Shown here: piece by piece, positions 61,616 through 64,000 of the stretch
How positions within the stretch are numbered: the stretch's first letter is position 1
How the letters are laid out: the number at the start of each line of letters is the position of its first letter
Source of the DNA: Psammoneis japonica
Taxonomy: Eukaryota
Direction of reading: 5' to 3'
DNA length: 64,000 bases
Assembly (NCBI GenBank): GCA_008632985.1
Contig: QPGO01000004.1
Coordinates: 372,001 to 436,000 of the forward strand
Notes under the pieces: generated by a model
The model's database searches: none
What the model saw: only the letters and a program-made list of their open reading frames with translations
What the model was told of the DNA's origin: nothing
Made by a program: the position numbers and the translations under genes

Positions 61616-63324
61616 TCAGTCGGTAGCCTCCAGTTTAGCTTTCTTCGCATTCATTCTTTCCATCTTTTGTTCCATCTGACGCTTCTTCCATGCAATTTTC
61701 TTAGCACGCTTCTTAGATATAGTTTCCTTCTTCGATTCTTCTCCAGATGGCTCTGAAACACCAGACTTGATGTTCTCCGCAATTGGTGGCTCATTTTTCC
61801 TGCCAGAGTTGCTCTTGCGTTTCTTTGCTTTTTGCCTGTCGCTCTCTCCGCCGCTTTTGTCCGAAACTCCCGCGGCGCTTCCTTGCTCTCCCGTGTGTTG
61901 GAATTGTCCCGCATACAGTTCGATACCCTTAGGCGGAACAATAGCAATCTTGTCGTTACTTGCAGATATGGAGTATTTGCGGTTTTCGTTCTTCCGTTCC
62001 AAATAGCACACAAAGAAGCCATTGGTATCGTCGTCTTGATTTGCACGGATTAAGCATTGTGCTTGCTGCTGCGTCAAGCCCATCACCGCCCGTCCTCGCC
62101 TCTTCCAGTGCTTCAAGCACGCCGGAGCTACAATCTCCCATTCATCATTTTCTTTTATTGCTTGTGCAACGACACCTTCGTTTTCGATATCATGAAGTGA
62201 ACATGTTGAATACACAATCCGTTCCGCTTGTTTATAAGACATTGCATGTCGAAGACACGTCAATTGAAAATTCGATAGTGGCTCCAATCGCTTTTTGGTG
62301 TCAATCGTACTCTCTTCTTCGACAGTATCGTGCTGTTTCTCACCATGTCTGTCAGGGGATGTGTATATACCACTTCCCGAACAGCTTGGATCCAACAGAA
62401 TCCCGCGAAGATTCGGGTAGTCCTTTGGCTTGGACTGTAGAAAGTCGCAATGTTGGCACTCCACCTTGACACAACCAGATGTCGGAATTATTTGCTCCAT
62501 TCGTCGTTTCAAAGATGTGAATCGACTAGAAGATCGATCCAAGGCATACACCGTCGGGCATTGAGCTTTTTTCTTTTTCTTCTTTGCCTTTGATGAATTC
62601 CTGCTGCTTTCGACATTCTCGGCCAGAAGAGCTGCAACGTGACTTGTTTTGTTTCCCGGCGCTGCACAGGCGTCCAACACATCGCCCATAAACAAAGAAC
62701 TAGTAGAGCTATCACCTCCATGAACCAAACAGAGTGCCGAAAAACAAGAGCTCTTGTCTTGCAACACAACTTTGTGCGACTGAACAAAATCAAAATCATT
62801 GTGTAACTTGCTCAAAGGCGGCAGCACAAGCAAATTAGGGACATGCACGTCGCAGAACACCTGATCGCGGTATTGCTCCTTCTCCAACAAGACACTCGCG
62901 ACTTCTTCCAGTGATGCCCTCAAGGTATTGACTCGAACATATCTTGGAAACGAAACATATGCTTTGACTCCTCCGCACGCGGCAATTGTTCTTTGATTTC
63001 GACTAACGCTTTCCGCAAAGATTCCTCCTGCTTTTTCAGTGTTCGTTTCAGTGCACCACCACCACGGATATCTTTGTTTGGTCCCAACAGTAATTCATAC
63101 AACAATACGTATGCCAGAGCCTTGTTTCGAATTGGTTGCTTGACTCGATCCATCAACGAGTCCAAGATATTTTTCGATTCCAGGACATGGCAAACTTGAG
63201 CATACGTCGCTTTGCTACACCGGAGCTCGCCCTTGGGGGTATAGGCAAGGGTCTTGAGGCTCTTGTGCTTTGTCCAGACCTCATTGAGAAGCCGAGCCGC
63301 AGGAGCGTACGGCGACGAGGACAT
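61616..63324 (-). CDS. NSUN5: rRNA cytosine-C5 methyltransferase (NSUN5/Rcm1) with an apparent 1-nt frameshift at ~62950-63050
   Basis: N-terminus (VLLYELLLG...GGG) is in frame 62920-63606. PRYVRVNTL, LQDKSSCF, DACAAPGNKT, LLDPSCSGSG and VYSTCS...ENE are in frame 61616-62923. Confidence 0.85.
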
Positions 63325-64000
63325 GGTGCCTTTTGTGCCTCCGACATCCGACATGCACACCACTCCATCCGCATCCGTTTTTCCCGCCGACGACGTACAG
63401 CCCGAGAAGAAGTATCGATGGTACGTACGATACTTATTAAAAATGGAAGACGATAGCTCTATCTGCTCTCTCTGCATACTAGAGAGGGGATGATTCATAC
63501 TGTTCACGCCAAAAGGCACCAGGAATAGCTGTTGCGACGAACCATAAACATCAAAATTCATCTCTCTGTCTAGTCCAACCAACGTGGTCGCCGTGATGCA
63601 TTTCATGACGTAACGTCAGAAGACCAAAGTTGGTCGTGAGATATAAACACTGAAGTTATACTGTACGGTCCTCATGTCAAGAAATGATAGCTATTGTATG
63701 GTACAGTAAATTCAAATACTAGATTATACATTTGCTGGTCCTCGTGCCCCCATTTTTGCGTCCCCTTCCTGTGGATGTGGATCAAACTCATCAAAGGAAC
63801 TAGGCATGTCACTGCTGGGACCCCGATAAATGTCTCTCCAGTTTTGCGCATGAACCTCATCCAGCACCAAACTAAAGCAAGAAACGAGTGCATCGCGTTC
63901 TCTTGGAGAATTGGCCTCCAAGTCCAACGATCCCTCCTTGGTTAGAAGCGAGAAGCAAAGAGCTTCAGATACGCTTGCATTTTCTACCCGTCGAAGTGCC

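Overview
This is eukaryotic nuclear DNA, most likely from a diatom: it has short GT-AG introns, bipartite plastid presequences, and Copia, Ty3/Gypsy and Plavaka-like transposons. The window alternates sharply between two compartments. Genic islands have normal base composition and carry a sulfotransferase-like gene, USB1, a kinase-MIB/HERC2-PARP-RING fusion, a Cys-rich membrane protein, two LRR paralogues, a DoxX-like gene, ALG2, plastid ACCase, APRT, an STI1/OEP61-like gene and NSUN5. Transposon-derived blocks (~1-900, ~2560-10720, ~13000-14590, ~17760-35150, ~40170-43290) have almost completely lost the dinucleotide TpA. The main finding is a repeat-targeted hypermutation converting TpA to TpG or CpA (A>G on either strand). 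Conserved Tyr codons in TE proteins become Cys or His, TAA/TAG stops disappear, and sister LTRs and tandem-repeat units show TA, TG and CA at the same site. This resembles a RIP-like genome defence but runs opposite to fungal RIP, which creates TpA. Most short ORFs in the supplied track within these blocks are by-products of stop-codon loss. All family assignments are from motif recognition by eye; no database searches were run.
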